A program made the translations under genes and the position numbers. DNA of 64,000 nucleotides from Chiloscyllium plagiosum (lineage: Eukaryota): assembly GCF_004010195.1 (NCBI RefSeq), contig NC_057719.1, positions 44,549,678-44,613,677 on the forward strand. The letters run 5' to 3'. Under the pieces are notes generated by a model, which saw only the letters and a list, made by a program, of their open reading frames with translations, was not told the origin of the DNA and did not search any database. Below are positions 47,789-60,850 of the stretch, piece by piece; the first letter of the stretch is position 1; every line of letters starts with the position of its first letter.

Positions 47789-50409
47789 CTGGTGTTAGCT
47801 TTGTAACATTTTGAAACCTGCATATCCAACAACTCTGCAGAAGCATTATTTTAATAGGGAGTATAATCTTTCAGATTTCACACTGAAATTGTTTTGTGGA
47901 AGTATAATGCCACTATCATTTAATTTGAAAATTATTCATATTCCAGGAAAAGACAATTTTAAAGTAAATCCTTAATCAAAAGGATATATGAAAGCAAATG
48001 AGTATCATGATCGAAATGGACTCTAATAGAATAAGCTTGTTATGGAAGCCATGTTAATGAAAATATTATTACTGTCCAAATGAAATAGAAATAACAATAA
48101 GATAACATTTTCACTTAAAAGGAATATGCATTTTAAAGATATCTTTTCAGTTTTTTTCTGGAGGGGTGGCAAGGTGAAATGAAAGTTCATAAATTATTAT
48201 TTAGGAACTTGGGTTAGAAAGTGAAAGTAGATGGGGTTTTCATTTTTTGGGTCGATGGAATGTTTTGGTTCATAAGAATCAGCAACTAATTTTTTTTTTA
48301 GCTGGGGATCAATATAGCATTTCCAAGAAATTATGTGAACTAAACTAAGTGACAAGATTAGCTACTTGGTGGGATAATTCTGAAGTGTTTATTTAGTTTT
48401 CCTTTTATGATGTATAGAAGTAGAGAGGCTAGAAGTCAGAAACCTGTTAAGTTCAGTTTACAAAGATCCATTCTAGTAGAAGAGCAAACACAAAAATTGC
48501 TGGAAAAGCTCCGCAAGTCTGGTGGCATCTGTGGAGAGAAATCAGAATTAATGTTTTGGGTTGAGTGACCCTTCCTCAAAACTATCAAAAGGGTAGTTTA
48601 ATTTTGGCAATCTCCAGGTCATCAGAGTTGGAAAGAAGTCTTAAGCCATTTAACAGTCCAAATAGACAGGGCTACAAAAAAATCTGAGTTTTTTTAAGAG
48701 TTCAGGGGGAATAAGTCACTGAATTAGTCTGCATCTGTATTTCTTGGAGAGTGACAGTAACAGAGAATCACATTTAGTGAATGTACACAAAGTAATCAAA
48801 AGAAAAAGCTTGAAAATTACTTAAGTGATTAGGAAGTTTTAAAGTGAAGCTAGGGGTGATACTTCACTGAGGTCAGGTGTTTGTAAAGGATGTAAGGATT
48901 TCTTTTTACATTTATGATGAGATCTTTCCAAATTATAAATAGCTTTGTTTTGATTCCTGTTCTTTTATGTAATAAACTAATGTCCTTTTGTTACAAGTAC
49001 ATTGGTAGCCACTATGAATATGTTCAGTCGCCGATCACCACAGTAACAAAATTACAAAAATAAAACTTAGGGTCTATCATACCAGGTTTCACTCTGGAAT
49101 CTGACTTGTCCACTGTTATAACACTTCAATAACTTAAGATTTTCTATCCCTTTTTCAATTAATATTAAGGCTGCAAAGTTCCTAATAGAACGAAACAATG
49201 TGTTTGCCCTGTTTGATTGAACTTGAGTGCGACAATGCAGGAGGCTGAGAACAGAGAAGTTAAACTGGGAAAGATTTTTTTTCTAATTACAGACAGAATG
49301 GTGGTGTTAGGAGAGCAGTTCTTGGTCTTGAAAGGTGCAAGACTCTGCACCATTTATTTCAAACGTGATATCCATAATTAGAGAAAGGACACACTAAATT
49401 ACTGTCTCACTGCTTGCCAATTTTCGTGATTGCATATAATAAAATCATTAAAAATATTCTTGTCTAATGTCGATCCATTCTTTTCGAGTTTTCTTTGCCT
49501 CAAGTGTAACAGCACTTTTTACAATGTGGGTAATGATCCTCTAGAGGGCACTGGTGTGTCGCAGAGTCCAAACATTTTCTTCCTCCTGATGTAAAATTAG
49601 AATGTAAGGAATTCTCATTATAGCTATTAGAAGCTGGCCAATAACTGGGGACAGGGTCTAATTAATATCTCACATCATTACTAAATAAAAATACATGTTC
49701 TTTAACAAATGCTATTGAAATCATGGTATGCACATGTCTGTTCTGACTTTCAGTCTGAGTTATGCTGTTTTCATTGTCAACTAGATTTGTAGGGTGGAAG
49801 CAGACCTGAACGTTTTTAAATATACGGTCCAATACTGATTAAAGTAGTGAATTTTATAAACAATGTTGAGCATTTTCTGTTCTGTAAACTATTAAGGCAG
49901 GGACTGTTGTTTGAGATTGTCATCCAGATGATTGTGATGGTCATAATTTATCATAGTTAAAGGTTTTCATATTTTTAAACCTATTTACAGGTTCTTCTGA
50001 GGACTTGGTGAGTTTACCCAATAAGCAGCTGGACTATACAGATCAGGATGATCTCTGATTTCGCCCCGGGATGTGTTAAATTAGGAAATCTGAAGTAAAG
50101 TGGTCTAAGAGCGCTACAACTAGCCTATCTATCTCCAGTAAGCTGATGTTTCTGCTCTTAATTCCTATTCAGAGACCCTTGCTAGAAATGCTTATGTAAG
50201 GCCATTGGATACATACAGGGTTCAGTTCAACTAGGAATGAACAGCCCGCTAACATTTTCTGTCAACTTTTGTATCTGGGAATTTTCTGTGTCAAAGTCAT
50301 TACCTTCAGGAAAGAAAGACAGAAAAATAAATTAAGCAATTTGTGGTATTTATTCCTATTGTCTTCAGCCCTTGACAGAAATTCCACTCCTTAGCCACCA
50401 ATGCCATTG

Positions 50410-51070
50410 CTTCCTTGAGCATTGTCTCAGGATGAACATGCCTGTTTGCAAACTGGTCGTTTTGTTTCTGAATTTAAAACTCCACATTCTAGCCATCATA
50501 AAGATTCTATGTTTAACATAGTTCAATTCACCTCTGCCTCAATCTATCTCCTGCTGAAAACCTCAACTGTGCTTTTGTTACCTCCGGTCTCAACTCTAAT
50601 ACCCCTTGGCCAGTCTCTCATCTTCCATCCTTCATAAATTTGAGCTCATACAAAACTCTGTTCCTGCAACCCAACTCTCACCAAATCCTATTCACTTGTT
50701 ACCCTGTGCTTGCTGATCTAGATTGGTTCCATCAAGGCCTTAATTTTAAAAGCTTGATCTGTCCAATGCCTTACACTCCCTATCACTGTAACCAAGAACT
50801 CTGCGTTCCTCCAACTCTAGCAAATGTCCTTCACCAAACAATTGGTGGTCATACCTTCAGCCAACTGTCCCTTTTTCTTTGAAATTCCTTCATTGATTAT
50901 TTCCATCTCTCCTCCCATAAAGTTCTTCTTAAATAGGTATCCCTTTACACAAGTTATCAGTCACGTTTCCCACTGTTTGTTTTGTGGCTCATTGTTAATA
51001 TTTGTCTGTACTTCTGTGAAAGACCATGAACATTTTACCATGGCAAAGGCACTATAAATTTGAGCTGTTG
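50410..51070 (+). mobile_element. Old L2 LINE 3' fragment (a related piece lies at about 54200-54660)
   Basis: Degenerate AFVTS.LDYSN..L.GL-like segment and L2-type tail (aaaggcactataaat...gttgt). Confidence 0.55.
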
Positions 51071-52755
51071 TAATAATGCTGATGTTGCTTTCTGTTAACC
51101 AAGTTATTTTGTAAATTGCAGCTTCAAGTATTTCTCTTCAAGATCATACTCTGTTGTGATAACTCAACTTTTGATGCTATTTGCACTTGTTGTAAAATTA
51201 TTTGGCTCATTTGCATTCCAAGTCCATTTAGTTTTTATATAATGCTGAAGCCATTCACTGCCTCCTTCTGCAGCTGGAGAGCTGGAATCATCAAATTCTC
51301 AGAACAGCTTGGTTATTACTTGGTGACACATTGGCTATGCATCCCTTAATCATTCATCCCTGGAATGAACTATGTTGGCATTCATACAAAAGACTGGCAA
51401 AAAAAAGTCCCCATTGGTTGGTTTAATTACAGTTCAAGAGACTTGACAAGTGTTCTGAGTAAAATTGGAAAATTTGCAGCTGGCAATTGATCCATTGTTG
51501 TTTGTTTTCAATTCTGTTTGAGTTCAATAAGTGAAATTATTGGCATGAATGATATAATCATTGTTTCAGTTCAATAATTTTTTAATGTTTAATTACTCCC
51601 TGAACCACTTAACATTGTTGTGAAACAAATGTATTATAAAATGTATTTTATTTAAATAAATGGCAGTGTTATTGTTCTTAATAAAATGTGTAAATATATT
51701 TTAAATGGTAAAGGAACTCTATCATGCCTTCAGATCAATAGTGCACCTTCTTATCTTCAAATGCCACTAACTATTCTCACTTTAGAATAGTAATCCAAAC
51801 AAAGGCACTTGTGATCAGTTCAAAGAAAAGCTAGGAAATTCCTTTCTAACCTCATGTTTGAGAAGACTGCAGTTATCATTGCCTTATTATAATCCCACTT
51901 AACCCCATTTTCACCACATCTTAGGCAGTATGCTCAACAGATGAAATAATAAATTATTTTCTAGTTGAGTACAATACTCTTCATTTTGTACTTACAAAGT
52001 TTAGCAATGTAATATAAAAATATATTTATTTTCTATAGGCACTTCACACAACATACATACTGTCAATTATTAACCTAGCTTTCTTTCAAGACCCATGTAT
52101 GTCAATCTACTTATTTGTAAAGTAAAATGTGAGAGTTACTCAAATGTAAAAGCATTATTCACCTACAAATGGGAAAAAGAACAATAATACTATTGCAGAA
52201 TTGTTTAAAGACTTGTCACTGCACTTCGCACATTTAGCAGAGCATAACAGCAACAACAGCTGTAAATCTTCTACTTCTTTGATCTGTGATCTGTGATGAC
52301 GGATATATTTTGGCTTAAACCACGAGATATATAGCTTTGAAAGTAAGTAAAGTAATTACATTTATTCAGATCAATTGGGTTCTAACCCTAACAATGGATT
52401 TGAATTTCTGCAGGGCCATTTGCTCTGATATTGCACTGCCGAGCTGGGGATAATGCCCATCACTGCTATTTAGTGCTGATTCTGTTGTAACATGCAGGTC
52501 AGTCTATGTGCGTATTTATTTATTTATTGGCATTTTAGAAGCAGAATTCCTGTGTAACATTGGAGTAGTTTGTTGGAGAAGGGGATATGGAAATAAAGAT
52601 TGTAGAGATTTAAAAGATAAGAATGGTTGAAGATTGGGTTTGTAACTCCAGTTAATGGCTTGTGAACCTTTGTGGTACTTTTGTAAAGAATGCCTTTAAA
52701 TAGTGGAACAGACGTAGGCACCCAAAGAAAGGAGCGGAGAATTGATTGAGGGGAA

Positions 52756-53110
52756 GCCGTGGCACAATGGTAATGTACTGGGTTACGTACTGGACAAGTA
52801 ATCCAGAATCCCAGACTAATATTCTGGGGACATGGGTTTGAATCCCACTGTAGCAGCTGGCAGATTTTTAATTCAATACAAGAAGTTTGGGATTTTAAAA
52901 AGCTATACTAATGACAACTATGTAATGATTTATGTATAAAACCACCTGATTCACTAATGTCCTTTAGGGAAGGAAATCTGCTGCCCTTATCTGATCTGGC
53001 CGCATGTGACACCAAACCCAAAACAGTGTGGTTGACTCTTAAATGCTCTGTTGGCAATGCTGGTCGTTACTGGGAAAGAGTCGTACTCTTACCTCATGAA
53101 AGAATAAAGA
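52756..53110 (+). mobile_element. tRNA-derived SINE, second family with conserved core
   Basis: A box GTGGCACAATGG, B-box-like GGTTTGAATCCC, core ttcactaatgtcctttagggaaggaaatctg; further copies at 55975-56245 and 59750-59910 plus 60855-61035. Confidence 0.75.
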
Positions 53111-53539
53111 AATTCTTGGCAAAGAAGCAGCAAAGGGAGAAAGGCAGCCATGTGCCCTTTTTGGGAAAACTATTTTGGGAATACTTTTCCATACCATTTG
53201 GAGAGAGTTGACAAGGTGTCACTTCCTGTAATTCCAGAACTACACGACCAGTACTGAAAAACCTCCCACAGCCCGAAGATGACAGTTGAGGTGACAGCCT
53301 GGTACTATCTCTTCCTTCTTGGGCATGAACACACAGTTCACCTAAATTTAATAGCTTCACAAGTAGGTACACAACAGAAACCCTTCATACACCAAAAGGG
53401 AATCAATAACTCACTATCTTTAGTGTGTCATTGCATTGACTCTTAACTGGAATAATCTTACTTCCAATGTACAATTTCAAACCAGCAAATTCATTACATT
53501 GACTGTTTGATTCCACCTGGGAGACATTCATTAAATGGC

Positions 53540-54065
53540 AAAGTTGAGCTAAATTGTAAAATTATTGCAGGCAATATCTGCACATACTTGGATGGGTGCA
53601 GCTCCAACACCATCCAAGAAGCTTAACACCATCCAAGAAGCTTAACACCATCCAAGACAAAACAGCCAGCTTGATCCACATCCACAAGCATTCACTCTCT
53701 CCACCACTGACACTCAGTAGCAGCAGTGTGTACTGTCTACAAGATGCATGGCAGAAACTCAGCAAAGATCCTTAGACAGCACCTTCCAAACCCCCGACTA
53801 CTTCCACCTAGAAGGACAATGGCAGCAGGTACATGGGAACACCACCACCCTCCAAGGCACTCATCGTTCTGACATGGAAAAACATCATCTTACCTTCATG
53901 GTTGCTGGTTCAAAATCCTATTATGTCCTCCCTAAGGGCATTGTGGGTCAACCACATGGACTGCAGCAGTTTAAGAAGGCAGCTCACTACCACTTTCTCA
54001 AGGGCAACTAGGGACAGCAATCAAAATACTGACCAGCGGTGTCAACGTCCCACAAATGAATGAGA
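53540..54065 (+). mobile_element. Old LINE 3' end with an internal 19-bp tandem duplication
   Basis: Same family as 27390-28650; AACACCATCCAAGAAGCTT repeated about 2.7 times at 53606-53657; gaatga tail. Confidence 0.65.
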
Positions 54066-56309
54066 AAAATAATATCAATGAAAGACGTCAGAAATCTCAC
54101 ACTTTAGATTATATAAATACGGTGTGGTCATTGTAATTTAGCTGTAGCCATTGTTTTCATTATCTGCTCCCAATTCTTTTCCTGGCTACTAACTCCATTT
54201 TTCTCCCTAGCACATGGCAACAATCTGAGGTTAAACTATCTGTTCACAACGTTAGTGTCATATTTGACCCTGAGAAATACTTTCAACAATATATTCACAT
54301 TATGACTAAGATTTTCATTGCTATGACATTGCCCATCTTTGCTCCTATCTCAGATCATCTGTTACTAAACCATCATCCATCCCTTTGTTATCTCTGGACT
54401 TATTCTAACATACACCTGGTGGTCTTCAAAAGTCCACCTTGTGTAAAACTTTGTTGCTGTATGTTAACTTGCACTAAGTCTCATTTACCTATAACATTTG
54501 TGGTCAGTGACCTGCATTGACTTTCAGCCAAGAAGCAGCTTCTGGTCATTTGAACGAATTATATGGCTCAATTATATTTGTTTTATAATGCTTCTGTAAA
54601 GTGCCTTGGAACCTTCAACTATACTAAAGGTACTCCATAGATATAGATTGTTGTTGTACTTTGAAAAACTTTAATTTTTACTATCATTTGACACTCACAG
54701 AGTTGATCTCAATTCAAGTCATATTGCATTTAATTTGAAGTGACAAATGTCTCCTTTAAAGCATTTTGACATTGAATAAAAATGCCATGATGTCAAGCTT
54801 GACTCTTAGCAATGTAGCAATGCCTATATTCACTGCTCATGAAATTGTAAGGAAAATGTGGCAGCCATGATCCTCAGGTCAATTGTATTTTATATGGAAG
54901 ACCCTTCCTTTTTGCTTAAACTGCTGATACGAAGTCTTTTGTTTCTTTATTGAATAAATCTGAAGTAAAATATAGCTGTACATTGGTAAAAATATTTCTT
55001 ATGCCCTGACTTATGTTGACTTATGTTGAATGATATTTGAATGCATCAGTGGGCAATCTGAAAGCCCTGAGTGAGTAATCTTGGTTCTGACATAAATTGC
55101 TGTCACGGCTCAGTTTAGATTTAGGACACTAGAAATTTAGCTAAATATTGGAAAAGTCCGAGGAAGCCAGTCCAGGCAGCCCGTATTAAGACAGATCTAA
55201 TGTCAGAAATTGCCTTTCCTCCTTCTAGTGCTTTCTTCTCTGGAGTAAAGAGCATATATTATAGGATGAGACTTCGCCATTGTTTAAATTGTGTGAAGAT
55301 GAAAAACAAATTCCACATACCCACACCTTGTTTGCTTTATATGCGCTTATCAGCATACCAACTTTTCAAACTATTATAATTAGCTGTTATGAATTGCATT
55401 TCACTCAGTAGGCTGCAGCTTCCTAATTATCTTGTGTACATTCAAACGATTTCAACTGTAAAATTGATCCTGGTGTTCATGCAAAAAGAAAATGTTATGC
55501 ATAATAATAATTTTGCAACATAAATAATGTAACAGATTTTTACTAAATACAAATGAAGGGGAAACATAACCTCTCAACCATTTAAAAAGATACTTCAGTG
55601 TTAACACAAGTGAAATGATTCACTGATAGATGCTCAATAACATATGAACATGCCAACGACACAGTCTCCCTCTTTATGGTTGATTTAAATCACTGTTATC
55701 AGCTCTTGAGGTTATCCAAGTTACAAGGCAAAGCTCAAGCATGCACTCTATCAGGAGCTACAGAAAATAGAAGCATCTCTTTCTCCAGACATCAAGGAGT
55801 TAGGATCAGACAAAATATGTGGTATACCAGAAGCTGAATGTTCTCAGCTCTGTACTTAATAAACTGACTTTCTCATTAGTGAATTTAATGGTACCTTAGC
55901 TTCATTAGAAGGACCAACAAATATCACAAAAGCCATTATGAAATAGTGGCAAGAAGAACAAAGCAATTTGGCAATTAAAGATTGTGTAATGGTTATATTA
56001 CTGAACTAATGATCTGGAGAATATGAGATCTAAACCCAGATGGGAATTTTGAAATTTGAATTGCTTAAAACATGTCATGAATTATAAAACACCTTACATC
56101 AGTAAATGTGGAACGAGTCTGCCATATTAGTGTAAACACGCTGCTGGTTCATGACTGTCATTTTGGGAAGTAAATCTGTTGCCCTTTCCAGGTCAGGATT
56201 ATATATGATGCCAATCCCACACTAAAGTGGGTTGGCTCAATTGCCCTGCAAGACTGGAACGGGGTCAAGTTGTAAGAGAAACAACATGACGTGGTACTCA
56301 GGTTAAAGA

Positions 56310-56598
56310 TGCATGTAGCATGGAAGCAGACTTTTCAGTCCAACCAGTCCATGCCAATCATTTGCCCAAACTAAACTAGTCCCACCTGCCTGTGTTTGGC
56401 CCATATCCCTGCAAACCTCTCCTATTCATGAACTAATCCAAATGTCTTCCAAATGTTGTAGTCATACCTGCATCTTGTCACTTTCTTTGACAGTTAATTC
56501 CACACACGAGCCACTCTGCATAAAAAGGTTGCCACTCATGTCCTTTTAAATCTTTCTCCTCTCACCTTAAAAATATGCTACCTAGTTTTAAGCCCCCA
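56310..56598 (-). mobile_element. CR1 LINE 3' end
   Basis: Matches the 3' ends at 12808 and 59920. Confidence 0.85.
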
Positions 56599-59197
56599 TA
56601 TTGTTCAGATTGCTGAACAACACATTTACATTTACATCTTTTAATACAAAGGCCGCAAAAGAATAGGGATGTTGTATGAGGAAGGCCAAAGGTGTCAGCA
56701 TCACCCATTGCTCTCATTTCTTTTGCTTCCATTGATGCAGCAGCCTCCCAGTATAGATTTCTATGCATGGTACATCGTCTGTAACCAGGAGTGATACTTC
56801 ATACTGTAACAATGACATTCAGGGCTCTGCAGAGAGACTGAAAACCAAATGTAAAGTGGAATCAATGAGATTTACAGAAAAAAGTGCAAACTCATGTAGC
56901 GTGCATTGTTTTCCAAGCCACCAAACCGCCCTGAACAAATCTCCTTCCTCTCTTGGCCACCATGTCTTGGTGCACGTTCCTGGCTTTGCAGCTGCCTTAG
57001 ATGGAACCTGCTCAGCAATGGAGCCCATTGGCCCTGTAACCTTCATTTAATGACTCTGAGGGTATTTGTGTTTGGACAGGCTAGATATACCAAGATGGAG
57101 TCCAATGTGCACCAAATGACAATAGACTCCAACAGAGGTGCAATGTGATAAGGTACAACATGCCCTGTGCCACAAAAGGAGGATTGAGAATTCAGTTAGG
57201 GCTGAAATACGTTACAACAATAGGGTTGATTATTTATGGTCATTTCAAAAGTTTTTTGGGGCCATCTGTAATCCCAGAACAAATATGTTGTTGCTGGGAG
57301 GAAGGGTGACTGTGTGAATGCACTAGTTGTCAACTTCCTAAAGGATGTTTGCACTCATTATATTTTATGTTTCTGATTGACTCCTGGTTCCTGAATATGG
57401 ACCTTCATATCTGTTTTTGAGTGTCTCCATTTTTCTTTCTCTTTACCTCATGGTTACAAAGACATTAGCTTATTTTATCCAAAATATTGGATCAATCAGA
57501 AATGGAAAGTCATATGGAGCAGAACATGGTGCAAGTCATGAAGTTAAGCAAGAATAGAATCGGCCACATTTTAAATTACTTGGCAACAGGAAATGGGAAT
57601 ACTTGGAGCCCAAAATGGGAACAGGCTGAAACCAAAAATAATGGTGTTTCTCAAATGGCGGCTCAGACTGCATTCTGGGATTTTTCTTTCTTCCTTATCT
57701 TAATTAATCTTTTTGAAGCAGGTAGTATATTTTCCACCATATTGACTTCACTTTTCTGCTTTTCTTAAATTATTTTGATTGTTTTGTTTTCTGTTTTCAG
57801 CTGTTTCTTTATATCCTATACATTTTGTTTTCTGTTACCCTCTCGTTCCTTCCTCATTTATCTTTCCATTGCTGTTTGTACACTACTTTTACAATTTTAC
57901 ATCTGAAGTTTGTTTTCCCTAAACGTTGGGGAATGAAGGACAAACAATGTGGATTGCAGGTCAGGTAAATGCACAGGGGCCAATGCAATAGTTCTGACAG
58001 GAAAACATTTGATTTTTATTGTTGTCACGTACTGCGACGCCACAAGGAAATAATCAAAGCAGGCAGCCTATGAAACACTTAGATTTAAAGTTCACTTGTG
58101 AACTAACAGTGGCAAGAAGCAGCAAATATCTCAGCCAAGCAGCTGGCAAGACTGGAGTAGAAAGGTGATGACCAGTAAGTTACACTTTGGTGGTTGGCAA
58201 AGCCTGCAGAGGCAGTGGGCTCGTGACATTTCATTTTCCTCTGTTTGTCTCGTATGTGGAATATGTCTCATGGGGAATGGGAGCAGGTTTCTCTTTAAAG
58301 ACAACTAAAGAGTCTTGCATGGCTCTGGTCAGTACTGTACTAGGTCAGTTACAGGCAAACTCAAACTTTAGGTAGAAATCACTTATAACAGAAAATTAAT
58401 TCTACAAGTGAGTTTAGAATTCTACATTTTCCTTTTTCTATCAATGTTTGTCTTTGTTTGTATGCACTTATCTGACTGAGAAACCAAGATAGCAACAAAA
58501 GATTTTTGTGAAGGATTTGAACCTTGTCTCAATGATTCAGCATCTGTTTCTTGCTGCTAGTAGTAATGATTTATAGTTGCAAATTTTATTCTGGCTTCCT
58601 ATGTGGTGATAGCTACATTCCATACTTGTCATAGCAGAATTCTGTCACAGCTTTACACATACAACGTTTCCAGCAGTGTGACACAGGTGTTTATATGAGC
58701 TGCACAGAGTGACAGAGGAAGTGTGACAGTTGAAAAACAAAGTAAGTGTCACTTCTGTTGGTCATGGTGAATCAGAGTGTTTGATGTTTCCTATTAATCT
58801 GAATAATGTAACATACATCCATACATTCGTCAGTTTAAAATCTAAAATGAGTTTGAGTTTTTATTCAAAATCTGAATAACTGGGACATGATAAAGCAGAT
58901 AAAAACCAGAGCCCAAATGATCTGTGTAATTTCAAATACCATCACTAAACCTCAAGAAAACAAACAAGCAAATAAGCCTGGTTAGATAAGGTAGATGAGA
59001 GCACATAATGCCCCTCATCTCCTCTTGCAGGGTTTAACCTTTCCTTAAATAATTTTGGGACTTCAGACTCTCATGCACTTCCAGGATGATATTCACCTTG
59101 CGCTTGAGACATATCTTCTGCCCCAGTCTGAAATTGGAAATGGCACCTTGATCTAGTTTGCTGGAGCTGCAGGAGTTGGAGGAGGGAGAGAGAAAAA

Positions 59198-59385
59198 GTG
59201 TGTGTGCGCGTGTATGTATATGTATGAATGTATATATACATGTGTGGGGGGGGGGTGCATGTGTACATGTACATGTGTCTACATGTGTATATGTGGATGT
59301 GTATATGTGTGTGCTGTGTGAATATGTATGTGTGCATATGTAGGTGTTTATATGTGTGTGTACATATGCATGTTTGAGTGTGATG
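59198..59385. repeat. Degenerate (TG/TA)n microsatellite
   Basis: Alternating purine-pyrimidine low-complexity tract. Confidence 0.9.
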
Positions 59386-59919
59386 AGCATGTAATCTAAT
59401 AAATAAATCAATCCAGAAATAAACAGAAAAATCAATCTTAAATGGGAATAAAGTTATAATGGGAAGACTGCAAATCTTATTCCCCCAAATGCTAGAGGCC
59501 ATATTGTTGTACAGAAATGATTACTGGGGAAATTTTTGCTGCACCATTTGTAAGAAACTGTATCTACTAAGTGAGCTGCATTGTTCAAAGTAGAAGGATG
59601 AAGCTACAAGGATATCACTACAAAACATAAATTCTAGTTATCTTACCAGTTTAAAATTTTGGTATCACAAAAACTTGTACATTGCGAAGAAATGTCCACG
59701 GTCTATTTGTGTCCTTAGCTGTCAAGAATATATTCTTTGGGGGAAAGGTGATGGCGCTGTAGTGGTAATATCACTGGACTTGTAATTCAGAAGCTCAGCA
59801 TCTGCAGTCCTCACTTTCTCCTTGTAATTCAGCACCTCAGACTAATATCCTGGGACATGAGTTTGTATTCCTCCTTGGCAAATAGCAAAATTTAAATTCA
59901 ATAGTCAGTTCACCGTGTA

Positions 59920-60850
59920 ATAGAATCAGAGTCATAGACTCATACAGCATGGAAACAGATACTTCAATCCAACTCGTCCATGCCGACCAAATTTCCCAAA
60001 ATACACTAGTCCCACTTGCCTGCATTTGGCCCATATCCCTCTAAACCTTACCGCTCCAAATGTCTTTTAAGTGTTTGAACTGTATCTGCATTTACCACTT
60101 CCTCTGACAGTTCATTCCTACGAATCACCCTCTATGAAAATCACCCTCAGGTCCCTTTTAAATCTTTCTCCTCTCACCTTAAAAAATGCCCCCGGTTTTG
60201 AACTCTTCTATCCTGGGGAAAAAGACCTTTGCTATTCATCATATCTATACCTCTCATGGCTTTATAAACCTCCATAAGGTCACCCTCCTATGCTCCAATG
60301 AAAAGTGTCCCAGCCTATCCGGCCTCTCATAACCAAAAACCTCCAGTCCCGCAACATTCTGGTAAATTGTTTCTTAACCCTCTCTAATTTAAAATCTCCT
60401 TCCTACAGTAGGGTGACCAAAACTGCATAAAGTATTCCAAAAATGGCCTCACCACTGTCCTGCACAATCTCAAAATGATGTCCCAAATGACCTGAGTAAT
60501 GAAGGCAAGCATGCTAAAAGTCTTCTTAACCACCCTATCTATCTTTGACACAACTTTCACAGATCTATGTACCTGAACCCATAGGTCTCTTTGTTCAACA
60601 ACAGTATCCAAGGCCCTACCATTAACCGTATGAGGTGTACCCTTGTTTGTTTTACCACAATATAGCACCTTGCATTTATCCAAATTAAACTCCATCTGCT
60701 ACTCCTCAGCCCATTGGTCCAATTGATCAAGGTCTCTTCATAATGTTAGATAACCTTCTTCAATGTTCACTATGCCACCAATTTTGGTGTCATCTGCAAA
60801 CTTACTAATCATGCCTCCTAAATTCCCATCCAAATTGTTTATATAAATAA
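59920..60850 (-). mobile_element. CR1 LINE RT/3' fragment inserted in a SINE
   Basis: SKFADDTKIGG, MEFNLDKCKVL, RPFLEYFMQFWSP; SINE halves on either side. Confidence 0.9.

Larger units (their letters stand above)
42560..49123 (+). mobile_element. Decayed Gypsy LTR retrotransposon, domain order gag knuckle - INT - RT - RNase H - 3' LTR (Gmr1-like), with nested CR1/SINE/PLE
   Basis: CYYYNKTGHAKVNC 42937-42978; integrase DVLTRFPE..FFTGHGLPKEIQSGQG about 44945-45075; RT QYPCRFNP..FLMDNDIIELS, TKIDMLQG, LKNSPAIF, LDD about 45890-46340; RNase H VSASDIAVG, YSMIESE, HIPGKDN; PPT about 48160; LTR-like 48175-49123 ending TAACA. Confidence 0.72.

Noticed and set aside
53606..53657. CRISPR-like direct repeats
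   Set aside because: Spacerless 19-bp tandem duplication inside a LINE in a vertebrate genome
56600..57200. Possible exon or gene fragment (overlapping 75-95 aa ORFs)
   Set aside because: No recognisable domain and no convincing splice-site pair in any frame I checked
59034..59502. His/Thr/Tyr-rich ORFs
   Set aside because: Translations of a TG/TA microsatellite
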